A DNA stretch of 64,000 nucleotides from an uncultured Nitrososphaerales archaeon (GCA_963713605.1 CAVQMO010000005.1:160001-224000), one strand, 5' to 3'. Positions 1 through 12,103 are shown, counted from the first letter of the stretch. Numbers and translations are program-made. Notes: a model not told the origin generated them from the sequence alone.

Positions 1-1420
1 CTGTAGGTGGTCAATGTACCGTTCAAGTCCCTGTGGACCAGTCATGTGCAGATGGTAGTGATCCTGTAGGTGGTCAATGTACCGTTCAAGTCCCTGCGGA
101 CCAGTCATGTGCAGATGGTAGTGATCCTGTAGGTGGTCAGTGTTCATCACAGGTTCCAGCTGACCAGTCATGTGCCGATGGTAGTGATCCTGTAGGCGGT
201 CAATGTACCGTTCAAGTCCCTGCGGACCAGTCATGTGCAGATGGTAGTGATCCTGTAGGTGCTGAATGTCAAATAACAAAACCGCCGAATGATTGTCCTC
301 CTAATAGTAATAGAATAAACCATGATGGGGCTAAATTCTGTGTGTATCCTCAGAATGAGAACAATGAATGCCAGTACGGGGATATAGCGGGATTACCGGG
401 AAACTGTAGAATCGTGCCGCTTGAAACACGCTCGTGTTGGGATAGCCCCCAGAATAGCGCTGGACAGTGTGTTATTGACACTCTACCTGCGGACCAGTCA
501 TGTGCCGATGGTAGCGAGCCCGTTGAAGGTCAGTGTTCATCACAGGTTCCAGCTGACCAGTCATGTGCCGATGGTAGCGAGCCCGTTGAAGGTCAGTGTT
601 CATCACAGGTTCCAGCTGACCAGTCATGTGCAGATGGTAGTGATCCTGTAGGTGGTCAATGTACCGTTCAAGTCCCTGCGGACCAGTCATGTGCAGATGG
701 TAGTGATCCTGTAGGTGGTCAGTGTTCATCACAGGTTCCAGCTGACCAGTCATGTGCAGATGGTAGTGATCCTGTAGGTGGTCAGTGTTCATCACAGGTT
801 CCAGCTGACCAGTCATGTGCCGATGGTAGCGAGCCCGTTGAAGGTCAGTGTTCATCACAGGTTCCAGCTGACCAGTCATGTGCAGATGGTAGTGATCCTG
901 TAGGTGGTCAGTGTTCATCACAGGTTCCAGGCTGGCCAGTCATGTGCAGATGGTAGTGATCCTGTAGGTGGTCAGTGTTCATCACAGGTTCCAGCTGGCC
1001 AGTCATGTGCCGATGGTAGCGAGCCCGTTGAAGGTCAGTGTTCATCACAGGTTCCAGCTGACCAGTCATGTGCCGATGGTAGCGAGCCCGTTGAAGGTCA
1101 GTGTTCATCACGGTTCCAGCTGACCAGTCATGTGCAGATGGTAGTGATCCTGTAGGTGGTCAATGTACCGTTCAAGTCCCTGCGGACCAGTCATGTGCAG
1201 ATGGTAGTGATCCTGTAGGTGGTCAATGTACCGTTCAAGTCCCTGCGGACCAGTCATGTGCAGATGGTAGTGATCCTGTAGGTGGTCAATGTACCGTTCA
1301 AGTCCCTGCGGACCAGTCATGTGCAGATGGTAGTGATCCTGTAGGTGGTCAATGTACCGTTCAAGTCCCTGCGGACCAGTCATGTGCAGATGGTAGTGAT
1401 CCTGTAGGTGGTCAATGCGT
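1..1420 (+). repeat. 63-bp coding tandem repeat (DQSCADGS[DPVG/EPVE]GQC[TV/SS]QVPA): about 4 units plus a partial, a degenerate Cys-rich spacer (~262-492), then 15 units
   Basis: gaccagtcatgtgc recurs every 63 bp (36, 99, 162, 225; then 493 onward). Confidence 0.97.
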
Positions 1421-3042
1421 AGTACCCGAACCAACACCCGAACCAACACCCGAACCAACACCCGAACCAACACCCGAACCAACACCCGAACCGACAGATG
1501 ATAGTCCAGCACCAGCAGACTCCCCTACTCCAACTGAAGCAGCACCAGCTGCGGTACCAACCGATCTAGCAGCTTGCTTGAGCTCTGGTGTATGTCAGCT
1601 CGTAAACAGAGCTATTTATCAGAAAGTCTTCACTCCCATAGTACCAGAATACATATTGCAGCTAAGACCAGAGCTGTGCCTTGATATAAATATCAATGAT
1701 GTCGCAAATGAAATACAGGCAATCCCTGGTGTCGCATTGATACATGTCTATGATCTTCCTGGATATCAAGCTGTTTCATTCAGGGGTGACCCAGGTCCTG
1801 AGCTTCTCAACGATCAAAGATTTGTAGATAATAATGCCACCCGAGCTGATAGTAACGCCGAATTAGATCAATCATCAGGTCACACAGCTCAGGTAGCAGA
1901 AGACGTCGATAATAACACGGATATACTCACAGCAAGTCAAGAATTACCAACTGGACTAAAAAGAACCATTCTAGATCTGGCGTTTGCAAATAACACTTTT
2001 ATCGATACTGCAGATAATGCCACCACTACGAACGCAACAATCACTAACGCTACTTCATTGGCTGCATCTTGTGAAATTCAAAGAGTAGTTCCAGTTAGCT
2101 CGGATGCAAATATGTCGCCCTCTGACTTCAATGTGGATATCGCGGTACTAGATACAGGAGTTAGCATGACTCATCCTGACCTAAATGTGTATAGAGATGT
2201 AACCTTTATCAATGGAACTACAAACGGGAACGATGATAACGGGCATGGATCACATGTCGCAGGCATTGCAGCTGCCAAGGACAATGATATAGGTATTGTT
2301 GGCGTCGCTCCTGGAGCAAGAATTTGGGCGATAAAGGTTTGTGATACTACTGGCGAATGTAAGATTACTAACCAAATAAAGGGGATAGAGTATGCTATTC
2401 AACATGCTGATGAAATTGACGTTCTTAATATTAGTATCGAAAATCCGAACTCTCCTGCACTCAACAACATCATAAATGCGGCAGTCAAAGCTGGCATCAC
2501 AGTCCTAGTTTCTGCAGGAAATTGGGGTAAAGATGCTTCGATGACTACTCCAGCTAATAATCCCAATGTACTAACTGTTTCTGCAATAGGTGATAGTGAT
2601 GGGGTGTGCGGTGCGGAAGGGCCTGATCTCATACTTGAAGGCGACAACTCAACGGTAACTGATGATTCATTTGCATTCTTTAGCAACTTCGGTCCAGTAG
2701 TCAAGATCGCAGCACCTGGCGTAAATGTACTTTCGACTTACAATGGTACTGGATATGCCGTAGATAGTGGAACGAGTATGGCAGCGCCGTACGTTACAGG
2801 AGCAGCTGCCAGTATACAAAGCACAACATCCATATTCGATGCCGCCTGAAGTGATATCCGCCGTCTTAGGATCAGGTTCTAAACCAGATACTCCTTGTGA
2901 TGGAGCAGCACATGGTTACTTTTCGGGGGATCTAGACACCTTGGCAGAGCCTCTACTCTACAAGCAGACGACGCCGTCAGCATCGACCGTTACCCCCTCA
3001 TCTTCTCCTGTGAGCCCTGTTCTTTCTAAACTAAATAATTAA
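1..3042 (+). CDS. Probably secreted S8 subtilisin-like serine protease with N-terminal Cys-rich tandem repeats and Pro/Thr linker (5' end outside window; joined across indels at ~930, ~1110, ~2810)
   Basis: Catalytic motifs AVLDTG, HGSHVAG and GTSMAAP are in ORF 1101..2849. The repeat reading frame continues through ORFs 33..956 and 904..1155, and the C-terminus continues in 2767..3042. Confidence 0.9.
1425..1496 (+). repeat. 12-bp tandem repeat encoding (PEPT)x6 linker
   Basis: cccgaaccaaca repeated. Confidence 0.95.
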
Positions 3043-4174
3043 CGCAATAGCGATTCTATACAAGTCGGAGGACAGATGAGACTGGAAGAAAAGGAAAAAG
3101 AAGTGGCATTCGGTGGACATCCAGATTGAGTCTTTGTAGTCATTATGACTTATTCCGAGCTCCAGTTGGATTTGGATTTGAAGATTTATCATTATATTAG
3201 AGATACATGTTATTTATCTGAATTTTTGGTAATTTGGAGATCATTGAAAGATACGTCACATGAACTATGATGTGAAGCATATATCTACTTATATCATTGT
3301 GACTTCCACCATAGTAACGATGCAAAGTGGGCATATTTTGGATGCAGCCACTAAATAACATTCAACTTTTTTATCTTGTGGTTTAAAAGCAGAAACCTCT
3401 CTTTGCATTACAATTGGAAGGGGGTCTATCGGAAACGCGAAAATCATTTGGCATAGACTTCTGATCTCTAAGTCTTATGATGGAAGCTACCGATTTCTCT
3501 TGAGCCTGCACCGGTCCCGCGAAATCAACGACACTTATTTTAACTTTAGTCATTACTATGATCAAGAATATCAACATCTACTATCTCACTACTATTAGTA
3601 TTGATATCATTGATATATCTTGGATTCTTCTCTGTCGCCAAGACCCATATAATTTGTACTGTGTACTGTAGGGAGAAGAATCAATTTCGATATCTTTGCG
3701 TATCTCTTGGAAATCAGTTTACCTTTGTGATATCCCAATGGCTATTCCATATATTAGCAAGCATAGCTATTAGGCAATATAATGTACTAACACTCAAATA
3801 ATTTTGTACTGAATTTTATTCCTTTAGAACAAGGGGAGCAATTCTATTATTGGGGGTTGGTTGCACTCTTCGAGTTTGTTCATAGTATGCCTGGCAGATA
3901 TAATGTGCTGAAACGAGTCGGTTTAGGCGCTGAAGAGGTGTTATTCTTGTTGTGTCGAAGTTCCTCTACACGCTCAAGTCTTCGTCCTGCGAATAGGTTT
4001 CTTGTAGGAACCATATTAGTGGTCAGAATAATGAACAAATTGAAGCTCATCTACTTACATTATTTATGGTATAAACACTAAAACTTCCGAGCGTCAAACA
4101 ATATAAGGTATTCGAATTGTTAGCCGAACCAAACATTTAGAGTATCTATAATTATTGACAAACAATTATTAAGA

Positions 4175-4601
4175 ATGCCAGATTCTGAAGGTTACGGCAA
4201 GAAAACAATTCGAAAATAACACAGACGCATCAGACATCACGAGGATATTTTTGGTCGATGACGATCCCGACGTACTATTTTCGATGGTGAGTGCTTTGGA
4301 GTCAAGTGGTTTTGCTGTTGACTCATACAGTTCCCCGGACATAGCACTGGAAAAGTTCATACCAAATTACTATGATTTATTATTATTGGACGTTAGAATG
4401 CCCGGAATGACGGGATTTGAGCTTTATGAGGAAATCAACAAAATGGATGCGAGGGCACATGTGATATTCATTACCGCCTTTGAGGTTTATTATGACGCAC
4501 TTAAGGAGATTTATCCCGATCTTGTCCCTTCATCATTTATTCAAAAACCGGTCTCAAATGACGATCTTATTGGGCGCATTAAACGAGAACTGAGTAAATG
4601 A
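4175..4601 (+). CDS. Stand-alone response regulator (receiver domain)
   Basis: LVDDD, LLDVRMPGMTG, FITA and KP motifs. ATG 4175 becomes in frame if one C is removed from atgccag. Confidence 0.9.
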
Positions 4602-5002
4602 CTTCTCCCCTTCAAGATAAGAAATCTATGAGAAAATTAGCATTAGATATTCAAACATAAATATATCCATTAAAACTTTAATCAAGACAATTAAGATTTC
4701 CTTAATACAAGGGCTACTATTTCCGATTGACATAGGAAAGAGCATCTGCTCTTTGCACAGAAGAAAGCAATCCTTGAAATTCTCTCCAATTTAATTAAAC
4801 ACGTATCCTCAAGAACATTGAGTTCTTATGCGGCAAACAAGCTTCTTCCCCCTAAATGATGATAAAGTACCTGGTTACTTTTGGACGTTTGATTCATATC
4901 AATGGCCTTTCAACTAGAAGGCCTCGTGTGCTAAAGACACACCACCTAAGCAAACAAAAGTCCCAAATATAGCCCCCCTCTTAGATTTAGTAAGATCTCC
5001 TC

Positions 5003-5923
5003 ATGAACCCAGTCTCGATAGCTTTTCATTCGTATAAGGGTGGTACTGGAAAGACTACCATCGCCTGTAATTTCGCTGCTCAGTTGGCCAAAAGGGGAAG
5101 TCAGGTCGGTTTACTTGATTTAGATATTTATGCACCAAGTATCCAGACATACTTCGAAATCGAGCCAAAAAGGTGGCTTAATAATTATCTCAATTCTTCG
5201 GCCGATTTGTCGGACGTAATTATTGATGGCAGTCAATTTGTCAGTTCGACAAAAGTTAATCCAGGCATTTACAATTCAAATGAAAAATCAATGAATCTGG
5301 AGGGCGGCAAATTGTGGCTAGGCTTTAGTAATCCACGCAGTGAGGAAATACTGCAGCTAGAAACAACCGGCACTAGTACTGCAAGGGAAATTTTGAAAAA
5401 GCTCATACTTCTGAAAGAAAAAATGCTTACGGATTTAAGGCTTGACTATCTTATTATCGACACAAGCCCAGGTATACGCACCTGGTCAATTAATGCCTTG
5501 GCAGTTTCTGATATTTTGCTTCTTACTCTAAAATCAGGAGACATTGACAGCAAGGGTACAAAACGTCTTGTTGAGGATATCTATGATACCTTCACCAAGC
5601 ATGGGAGCAAATCCTATCTGCTCTACAATAGGGTGCAAGGCTACTGTATGCCACCAAAAGATTTTCTTCGAGCCGGGACCACCGAACCTAACAGTCTCAA
5701 AGGGATTCCTGGGTCTGGAAAGGAGAATCTAATCAAACAGGGTATTTCGATGGGAGAACCTAAATTGTCTCAGGAGCTAGGTATCAAGACTATTACTTCT
5801 ATCCCATGCTTCTGTGATATTCAATTTTCGGAAAAAGAATTCTTGACAGTATTGAACTATCCTGACCACCCCTTTTCTTATTACGTTAATGAGCTTATCA
5901 CTGGAATTGGGACGACTGCTTAG
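5003..5923 (+). CDS. MinD/ParA-family ATPase
   Basis: Deviant Walker A KGGTGKTT, LLDLD, IIDTSPG. Confidence 0.9.
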   Translation: MNPVSIAFHSYKGGTGKTTIACNFAAQLAKRGSQVGLLDLDIYAPSIQTYFEIEPKRWLNNYLNSSADLSDVIIDGSQFVSSTKVNPGIYNSNEKSMNLEGGKLWLGFSNPRSEEILQLETTGTSTAREILKKLILLKEKMLTDLRLDYLIIDTSPGIRTWSINALAVSDILLLTLKSGDIDSKGTKRLVEDIYDTFTKHGSKSYLLYNRVQGYCMPPKDFLRAGTTEPNSLKGIPGSGKENLIKQGISMGEPKLSQELGIKTITSIPCFCDIQFSEKEFLTVLNYPDHPFSYYVNELITGIGTTA

Positions 5924-6205
5924 GAAATACGAGGGAGGTGGCAATTATATATTTCAGCATGTCACAATGAATCTCCTTATGGGAGTAGAAGAAAGGTCTT
6001 GAAGGTCTTGTAGTTGTACCGAGTTTGATTGAGCCCCCCAAAGCCGAATTTTCTTGCCGGTCTGGTACCTACATCAATCGCCATAAATCCCAATTTAGAA
6101 CAGACCTCTATCATTAATTTGGAGACAACATGAAAATTCACCTTTGAGAAAAGTTTCATATACGTGTATAACAGTCCATAACTATTAATTCTCAGGTAGA
6201 ATAAG

Positions 6206-7669
6206 ATGCATATCCCTGGTTTGCTTGAACTCACTGATCGGGAAGAGATTACTAAAAGTATGATACTTTTGACAGGAAATTCAAACGTTGGAAAGAGTTG
6301 CTACAGCAGAGAATATTTGTTAGAACGGATAAATGACGGTTCAGATTGTGTTTTCATTTCATGCACTAACACAGAGGAACAATTTCAGAACTGGATGTTA
6401 GGTGCAGGAGTCTCCCGCGCTCAAATAGATTCTAGTCTGCACTTTATAAACCCGTACATACGAAGAAATACTGAAGAAAGTAGTTCAAAGTTACCTTGGA
6501 TCATTTCAGAAATAAAAGAGATCACTGCGAGTTATCTTGGCTCTACAGCTGAAATTCGTAATCTCGGCTCGGACAGAGAGTGGAATCGAACTGAGCACCT
6601 CATGGAAAAGAAGAAATCAAATTTCACCCTAATTATTGATTCCTTGAACCACCTGATCGCCCTATTCGGACTAAAAGAAGTTGAAGCTTTTGTGACAGAC
6701 ATTTATTTCACGTCTAAGATTCAAGAATTATCTGGAATCTGTTGCCTTACCGTTCCATCACTTGACCAGGAACAGTTTGAACGCCTAAGTCTTTCTTTTG
6801 ATGCCATCTTGGAAATGGCATTCAAAGAGGAAATAGAGTCTCGACTTCGAGCAATGAAGATGATTCTGATCAGGGGGGTAGTTTTTACCCCCAAATGGGT
6901 CGATTTTGAAATCACCGAGGAGGGCTTGGTTCGATTTCTCCAAAAAAGCTCTGATTTTATTTGCTATGTTTGCAAATCAAAAATCAACGAAAATCCTATT
7001 TCATATTCAGGACTCTATTTTCATGTAACTCATTTGGAAGTCTACAAGAAACTAGTAGGTATATATGGACTAAGTCTATCTGAACTAGGATTTTCATCGG
7101 AGGTCATGGACGCCAGTTTCTTCTTTATAGACATAGTCGGGCTCTCCGATCCAAGCTATTCTGTTAGTTCTCAAAGGCAAAAGATTGAAGTTCTTAACAA
7201 TTTGATTATGGCATGCACCGCGTACAACTTGGAAGAGAAGAAGATTATCTTGCCAACAGGGGATGGAATGGTAATTGGCTTTCTTATGAATCCGGAACTC
7301 TCATTAAAACTTGGCATCCAACTTCATCAGAAATTGAGGGTGTACAATAGGGGTAAAGGTGAAAGGGACAGAATAAAAGTAAGAATTGGACTAAGTTCTG
7401 GACCTGTTTTTTCTGTGAGCGACATAAAGAATAATCAAAATTTCTGGGGACCCGGGATCATATTAGCACGAAGGGTTATGGACATAGGAGGAGAAGGCCA
7501 CATTCTCTTATCTGATTCTTTGGCAAAGGCCTTGCTTGCATTGAAGGACGAGTATAAACCTATCATAAACTATATTGGCAATTATACTATAAAACACGGA
7601 CAAGTGTTGACGCTTTATTCGGCATATGCTGATGATTTTGGAAATCCTGACGCTCCTGAAAAGAGATAG
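6206..7669 (+). CDS. KaiC/RAD55-like RecA-fold ATPase fused to putative CxxC..HxxH zinc finger and class III nucleotide cyclase domain
   Basis: ATPase: IPGLLEL, GNSNVGKS, LIIDS. Linker: CYVC..HVTH. Cyclase: FIDIVGLS, TGDG, RIGLSSGPV, WGPGIILARR. Confidence 0.85.
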   Translation: MHIPGLLELTDREEITKSMILLTGNSNVGKSCYSREYLLERINDGSDCVFISCTNTEEQFQNWMLGAGVSRAQIDSSLHFINPYIRRNTEESSSKLPWIISEIKEITASYLGSTAEIRNLGSDREWNRTEHLMEKKKSNFTLIIDSLNHLIALFGLKEVEAFVTDIYFTSKIQELSGICCLTVPSLDQEQFERLSLSFDAILEMAFKEEIESRLRAMKMILIRGVVFTPKWVDFEITEEGLVRFLQKSSDFICYVCKSKINENPISYSGLYFHVTHLEVYKKLVGIYGLSLSELGFSSEVMDASFFFIDIVGLSDPSYSVSSQRQKIEVLNNLIMACTAYNLEEKKIILPTGDGMVIGFLMNPELSLKLGIQLHQKLRVYNRGKGERDRIKVRIGLSSGPVFSVSDIKNNQNFWGPGIILARRVMDIGGEGHILLSDSLAKALLALKDEYKPIINYIGNYTIKHGQVLTLYSAYADDFGNPDAPEKR

Positions 7670-8812
7670 CAAATCAAACCTCCCGGAAGTTCACCTTTAA
7701 GGTTATTTGCTGGATATAATCTTTAACTACTTCCCTATATCCCTTTCAATTAAACCGCCGTTTAAAAGAATTGTGCTTTATTTTTGTTGTTTTGTTCATT
7801 TTTTCACTTTTCCTCAACTAGAAGCATCATCTATTCCATTCATCCTGGTAGCGAGAGAGGCCAAATCCGAATCCTCCCTTTTTAGGGGTTTGTATTGTTC
7901 GCTCGACAATGATGAAGTAATCTTTCGGGCAATTTGGCGCTAACAATGTTGGATTTCTTGAGATCTTATTGGATGACGGTTTCTATGACAGATAGTGAAT
8001 GCTATCGTTTAGACACTATTCAAGATGGCTTTGTTGTCAAGACTGGTGTTGATTTCCACGGTGATGCCCTAACTAACATCATTTAATTTTGATACCAAAT
8101 TCGGAGGAATACTTGACAAATAACTTAAGGCTCCCTACATTCCAGCATCAAGATCATTTACTACTACAAATTTCTAGTTCAACCTCTATAGAATAAATAC
8201 ATACTAGAACATAGAATTAAGTGTAGAGAAGATTTATTAGATTTAGGTGGCTGTTTAAAGATTCTAATTCAAATATATCAAAAAAAGACGCTTTGATTGA
8301 AACCCCCACCTGCGGCAGCGACAGTACAAGAAGAGGCCTTTGCAGGAAAGAAAAAGAAGTACGAGCAATATCTCAAGCAAATGATTGTGGAAAACGGCAA
8401 ACCTCCATTGAATGGCTATTGCCAGAATTTGGCTGCCCAAATTCAGGTTGATGGAAACGCAATGAATATCCTAGGCGTGCAGGGTATGGCTTAAATGCCC
8501 TTAAGCCATTGAAAGGCTGAACCCTTACATGGTGACATTGTCTTTTGAGGGGTAATTTCTAGAATTGATGGGCTTATGAGATACTTTGAATTATCGTCTC
8601 TCGTCGCAAATAGAATTCACGTTTTTTTATCCGCCAAAGGAAAAGATGGACGGCGTATTCCCCTAATTATGATAGATTTATCATATAGTAAACATTCACA
8701 ATTGTTTTAAGTGACGTAATGCATATATTATGAATACGTATTCATGTTTGTTTACCTTTAATAGGATTGGTGTAGGTGATATCCTACTCGTGGTAAATGG
8801 AGGATTACAGAA

Positions 8813-10003
8813 ATGAAAAAGTCTTCAAATAGTCGTAATATTGGATTCTATCTAAAGGGTAAACCAAAAATTATTGCATCATTATTCATTGCCCTCATTG
8901 CGGTCTTTTTAGTTTTAATATTCGAGATGAGCACAGGCAATATCGGACATTCTCAGATTATGCCGGCGAACAATAGTGGTAATGTAATTGAAAATAATAA
9001 TTTGTCATCCCAGACGGCGGAAGAAAATATGACTTCAATTCAATCTGCAATCAATCACACTCAAAATTCTAACGTAACCGGTACTCTTTCTAATTCGCCA
9101 CTAATTAAGACAACGGCGACAAATAGTACGAATAATCTAGCAAACGCGACTAAAACACAAAGTCCTATCCCTCAAGTAAAGATTACTTCACATACCAAGA
9201 ATCAAATAGTTTCTGAAGGCACCTTGTCAATACATGGGGTGTCATCTGACAGTCCAGTTAGTACATGTGATGTTTATGTTTTACTAAATGGTATTAAACC
9301 TTATCAAAGAGTAACTCCCACAGAACAAAGTGGTATTAGTAATGGTACCAAGGATTATTCGCTATGGAAATTCACCTTTTTACCAACTTATGGACTGATT
9401 ACCGAAGGGGATAACAAAATGACCGCGAAAATCAGTTGTATGAATGGTAGTATAAATGCAACTAAGTTTAATAGTCTGAACGTGACTGGTGTATCTTCCA
9501 ATTCCACCAATTCAAATACCCTCTTAACACAGACTGCAGACCCTTTGCAAAGCGGTGAAAACGTCACCGCAAATAACCTTGATCCGGTTCAGGGTAACTC
9601 AACTTCTCTAATGTCGACATATTCTCCTCCTGAGAATGTACAACAACACCCTCCTGCAATCGGGGGTATAACACCACAACCTCAAACACCACAAACTAAC
9701 TACTATGGGATAACCCCCTCCTCTTCCCTATCCGATGAAATTCCTATTCAAAATTCTTCTATTACCCAGCAGGAAGAGCAAATACCTGCAAACAGCTTTT
9801 CAGTCCTTGAAGAGGGCAAGGAGCCAGGTAGTGGTCTGCTTGATTCAGTAGATCAGGAAATATCTACACAAACTAAGAAGGCAGTGGACAAATTTATTGC
9901 AAGAGTCCAAGGGACAGTTGAAGAGAGACTCGAAGAAGCCATTAAAATGAGAACTCCGTTTGAACTTGTTACTCCAACGCCATTTGATTCTGAAGATGAC
10001 TAA
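8813..10003 (+). CDS. Secreted/membrane-anchored protein with Ig-like domain and N/T/S-rich linkers
   Basis: N-terminal hydrophobic helix; a beta-rich Cys-pair domain (VKITS..CDV..YSLWKF..AKISC). Confidence 0.75.
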   Translation: MKKSSNSRNIGFYLKGKPKIIASLFIALIAVFLVLIFEMSTGNIGHSQIMPANNSGNVIENNNLSSQTAEENMTSIQSAINHTQNSNVTGTLSNSPLIKTTATNSTNNLANATKTQSPIPQVKITSHTKNQIVSEGTLSIHGVSSDSPVSTCDVYVLLNGIKPYQRVTPTEQSGISNGTKDYSLWKFTFLPTYGLITEGDNKMTAKISCMNGSINATKFNSLNVTGVSSNSTNSNTLLTQTADPLQSGENVTANNLDPVQGNSTSLMSTYSPPENVQQHPPAIGGITPQPQTPQTNYYGITPSSSLSDEIPIQNSSITQQEEQIPANSFSVLEEGKEPGSGLLDSVDQEISTQTKKAVDKFIARVQGTVEERLEEAIKMRTPFELVTPTPFDSEDD

Positions 10004-10436
10004 TAAGCAAACTAAAAATTGACCTAAACCTTTTAGCCTTGAGGGTGTGTGTGCTAAAGTGATGAGAAAGAATAGATAGTACCAAATATTCTTCAAAGTT
10101 GTCTGCCACTAGCCAAGCCTGAAGCAATAATAAGCGTGATAACCTGAAGATAGGCTAAGTTAGTATTGGGTAGGATATTAAAAAAGCGTCTCATGTTATT
10201 CGAATAAGGAAACAACGCGAAGGCACAAGATAATATATAAGATAAAAGGAGGAAGCGATGAGTAGATGCAATACAATGAAAGATATTTTTTGAAATACTG
10301 CTTCAAAAGTTTTGTTATGTAATAGTTTATGAGGCTCTACTTTGATCGGGCGAATCCAGTTGCTAAGTCTCGTTTGAGGTCATTTCAATTGCTCGGATAG
10401 ATAGAGTTAGTTGTAATTACGTAAAAAAAGAATGTG

Positions 10437-11024
10437 TTATCTTATCAAACCTTGATTCACACACTTCCAGTCTGTAATATTCATATCAAAATCACATTTA
10501 ATATCTACAATTAGGACATCCAGTCTGTCCACTGATTCTAGTGCATTAGCGATTTTCTGGCTTATAGTATTGTTAATCGCGGCTGAATCCGCGAAAGGGT
10601 TAGGTAGAGTTAGGCTATTTGAAGGCTGGGAATCGGCGGTAGACGAAATTGAAGTATTTCCTGCCATAATATATCCGATTGTAGGGGATCTATTGAAGTC
10701 CTCTTGAATTACAGAAATGACAGCATCACGAGAACTCATCAATGAGTCGCTGTTTCCCGAAATAGTATAGGTTGTATCAAAAGTGCCGATGAATTCGGTC
10801 TCATTATTTACTATATTGTAGCTAGTCATTGAATCTTTAACTACTTTAACGACATTTTCTTCCAATTTGCCTATAGATTGAACTGAACCTGACGCCATAT
10901 CAGTTTCATTTAGCGAAAAAATTAATGTAGGCAACACAAAAGACAATATTCCGACAAACACAATCGCCGATCTTATTTGCGAGCTTGACAATTTATTCGA
11001 GATAACGTTCACTAGAAGTCTCAT
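10437..11024 (-). CDS. Secreted hypothetical protein
   Basis: Signal-like helix, C-terminal Cys pair, 195-aa open frame. Confidence 0.7.
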   Translation of the reverse strand: MRLLVNVISNKLSSSQIRSAIVFVGILSFVLPTLIFSLNETDMASGSVQSIGKLEENVVKVVKDSMTSYNIVNNETEFIGTFDTTYTISGNSDSLMSSRDAVISVIQEDFNRSPTIGYIMAGNTSISSTADSQPSNSLTLPNPFADSAAINNTISQKIANALESVDRLDVLIVDIKCDFDMNITDWKCVNQGLIR

Positions 11025-11563
11025 CTAATGTTGAATTCAAAGAATATAAAGGCATTGTCCGACACAATTAGACAAGGCGATAATAATAGCTAGGGGTGTA
11101 CGGGTGAAAATGGGAGGATACTAGAAAATGGGATGGGTGAAAATGGGTTGCTGTCATTGGTCAATCAGGTAACGAGAGAGGTAGTGGAAGCCCCGCTAAA
11201 GAGACTTTGACCCTCCCAATAGAGATCGGATCGGCTCCAGGTATATCGTCGCCAACAATTGAGATAGATCGTAACATTTTCAATTTAGACTTTACCATTA
11301 ATCGGTTGGGTATTCAAATGATAATTCATCAGTAGTCAAATTTAAGGATCTTTAGCCATTAGGCATTAAGGCTAAAAAATCACTTGGAAAATACCGAGCT
11401 CAATTGATCAGAAACAAGTAAAGACACAGTTCACACTTGTCCAAATGGGATGGGGAATTTGTTTGATTAAAATATTGAGTGACTTGTAATTGTCCTCAAC
11501 ACCTTTTGATCCAGAATCAGAACAGATTATATTGCCCACCTTGAGCAAGGAGCATTAATAAAA

Positions 11564-12103
11564 TTGGGACGTTTACATAGATTTAGCACGGTCCTTGACT
11601 TTAAGACACTAATCGTATTTTTATCTGTGGTCCTCTTTGCAGTCTCCTTCTTCAATCTTCTATCAAGTGATGTTTTTGGGGAAGGTGAACGGTTAAATTC
11701 TGATGAGGCAAACACCAAGTCACTCCCCAATAAAGTTAACATTACAATCAACGATGTCATACTACAAGCGGACGTGGCACTTACTGCTGATGAGCAGACA
11801 AAAGGTCTTTCAATAAAGGATACCCTCCAATCTAATGAAGGAATGCTATTTCCGTACGAAGCGCCACGTATTCTAAGCTTCTGGATGAGAGATATGAAAT
11901 TTCCAATAGATATTCTATGGCTGGGTGCTGACAAAAAAGTGGTCCACATTGAAGAGAGCCTTCAACCATGTAGCCCATTGCTACCATGTCCATCGTATGC
12001 CCCAGATGTCCAGGCTCAATATGTTCTGGAAACGGTTGCAGGTTTTTCATCTTCCAACGGGATTACTGAGGGGACTCATGTTGAATTTAATCTTCCAACA
12101 TAG
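11564..12103 (+). CDS. DUF192 family protein
   Basis: KGLS..GMLF..FWMRDMKFPIDILW..YVLE..G pattern. Confidence 0.88.
   Translation: MGRLHRFSTVLDFKTLIVFLSVVLFAVSFFNLLSSDVFGEGERLNSDEANTKSLPNKVNITINDVILQADVALTADEQTKGLSIKDTLQSNEGMLFPYEAPRILSFWMRDMKFPIDILWLGADKKVVHIEESLQPCSPLLPCPSYAPDVQAQYVLETVAGFSSSNGITEGTHVEFNLPT

Noticed and set aside
1..1420. CRISPR array
   Set aside because: The units are contiguous 63-bp in-frame coding repeats with no unique spacers, and there are no cas genes.
472..1512. His-rich repeat ORFs on the minus strand
   Set aside because: They are antisense shadows of the protease repeats.
8297..8660. Possible RelE-like toxin remnant (AEPLHGD)
   Set aside because: Only a 7-aa resemblance amid stop codons.
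11095..11215. gggtgaaaatggg repeats and ggaagccccg resembling an IS200/IS605 end
   Set aside because: The match is too short, the hairpin is incomplete, and no tnpA or tnpB is nearby.
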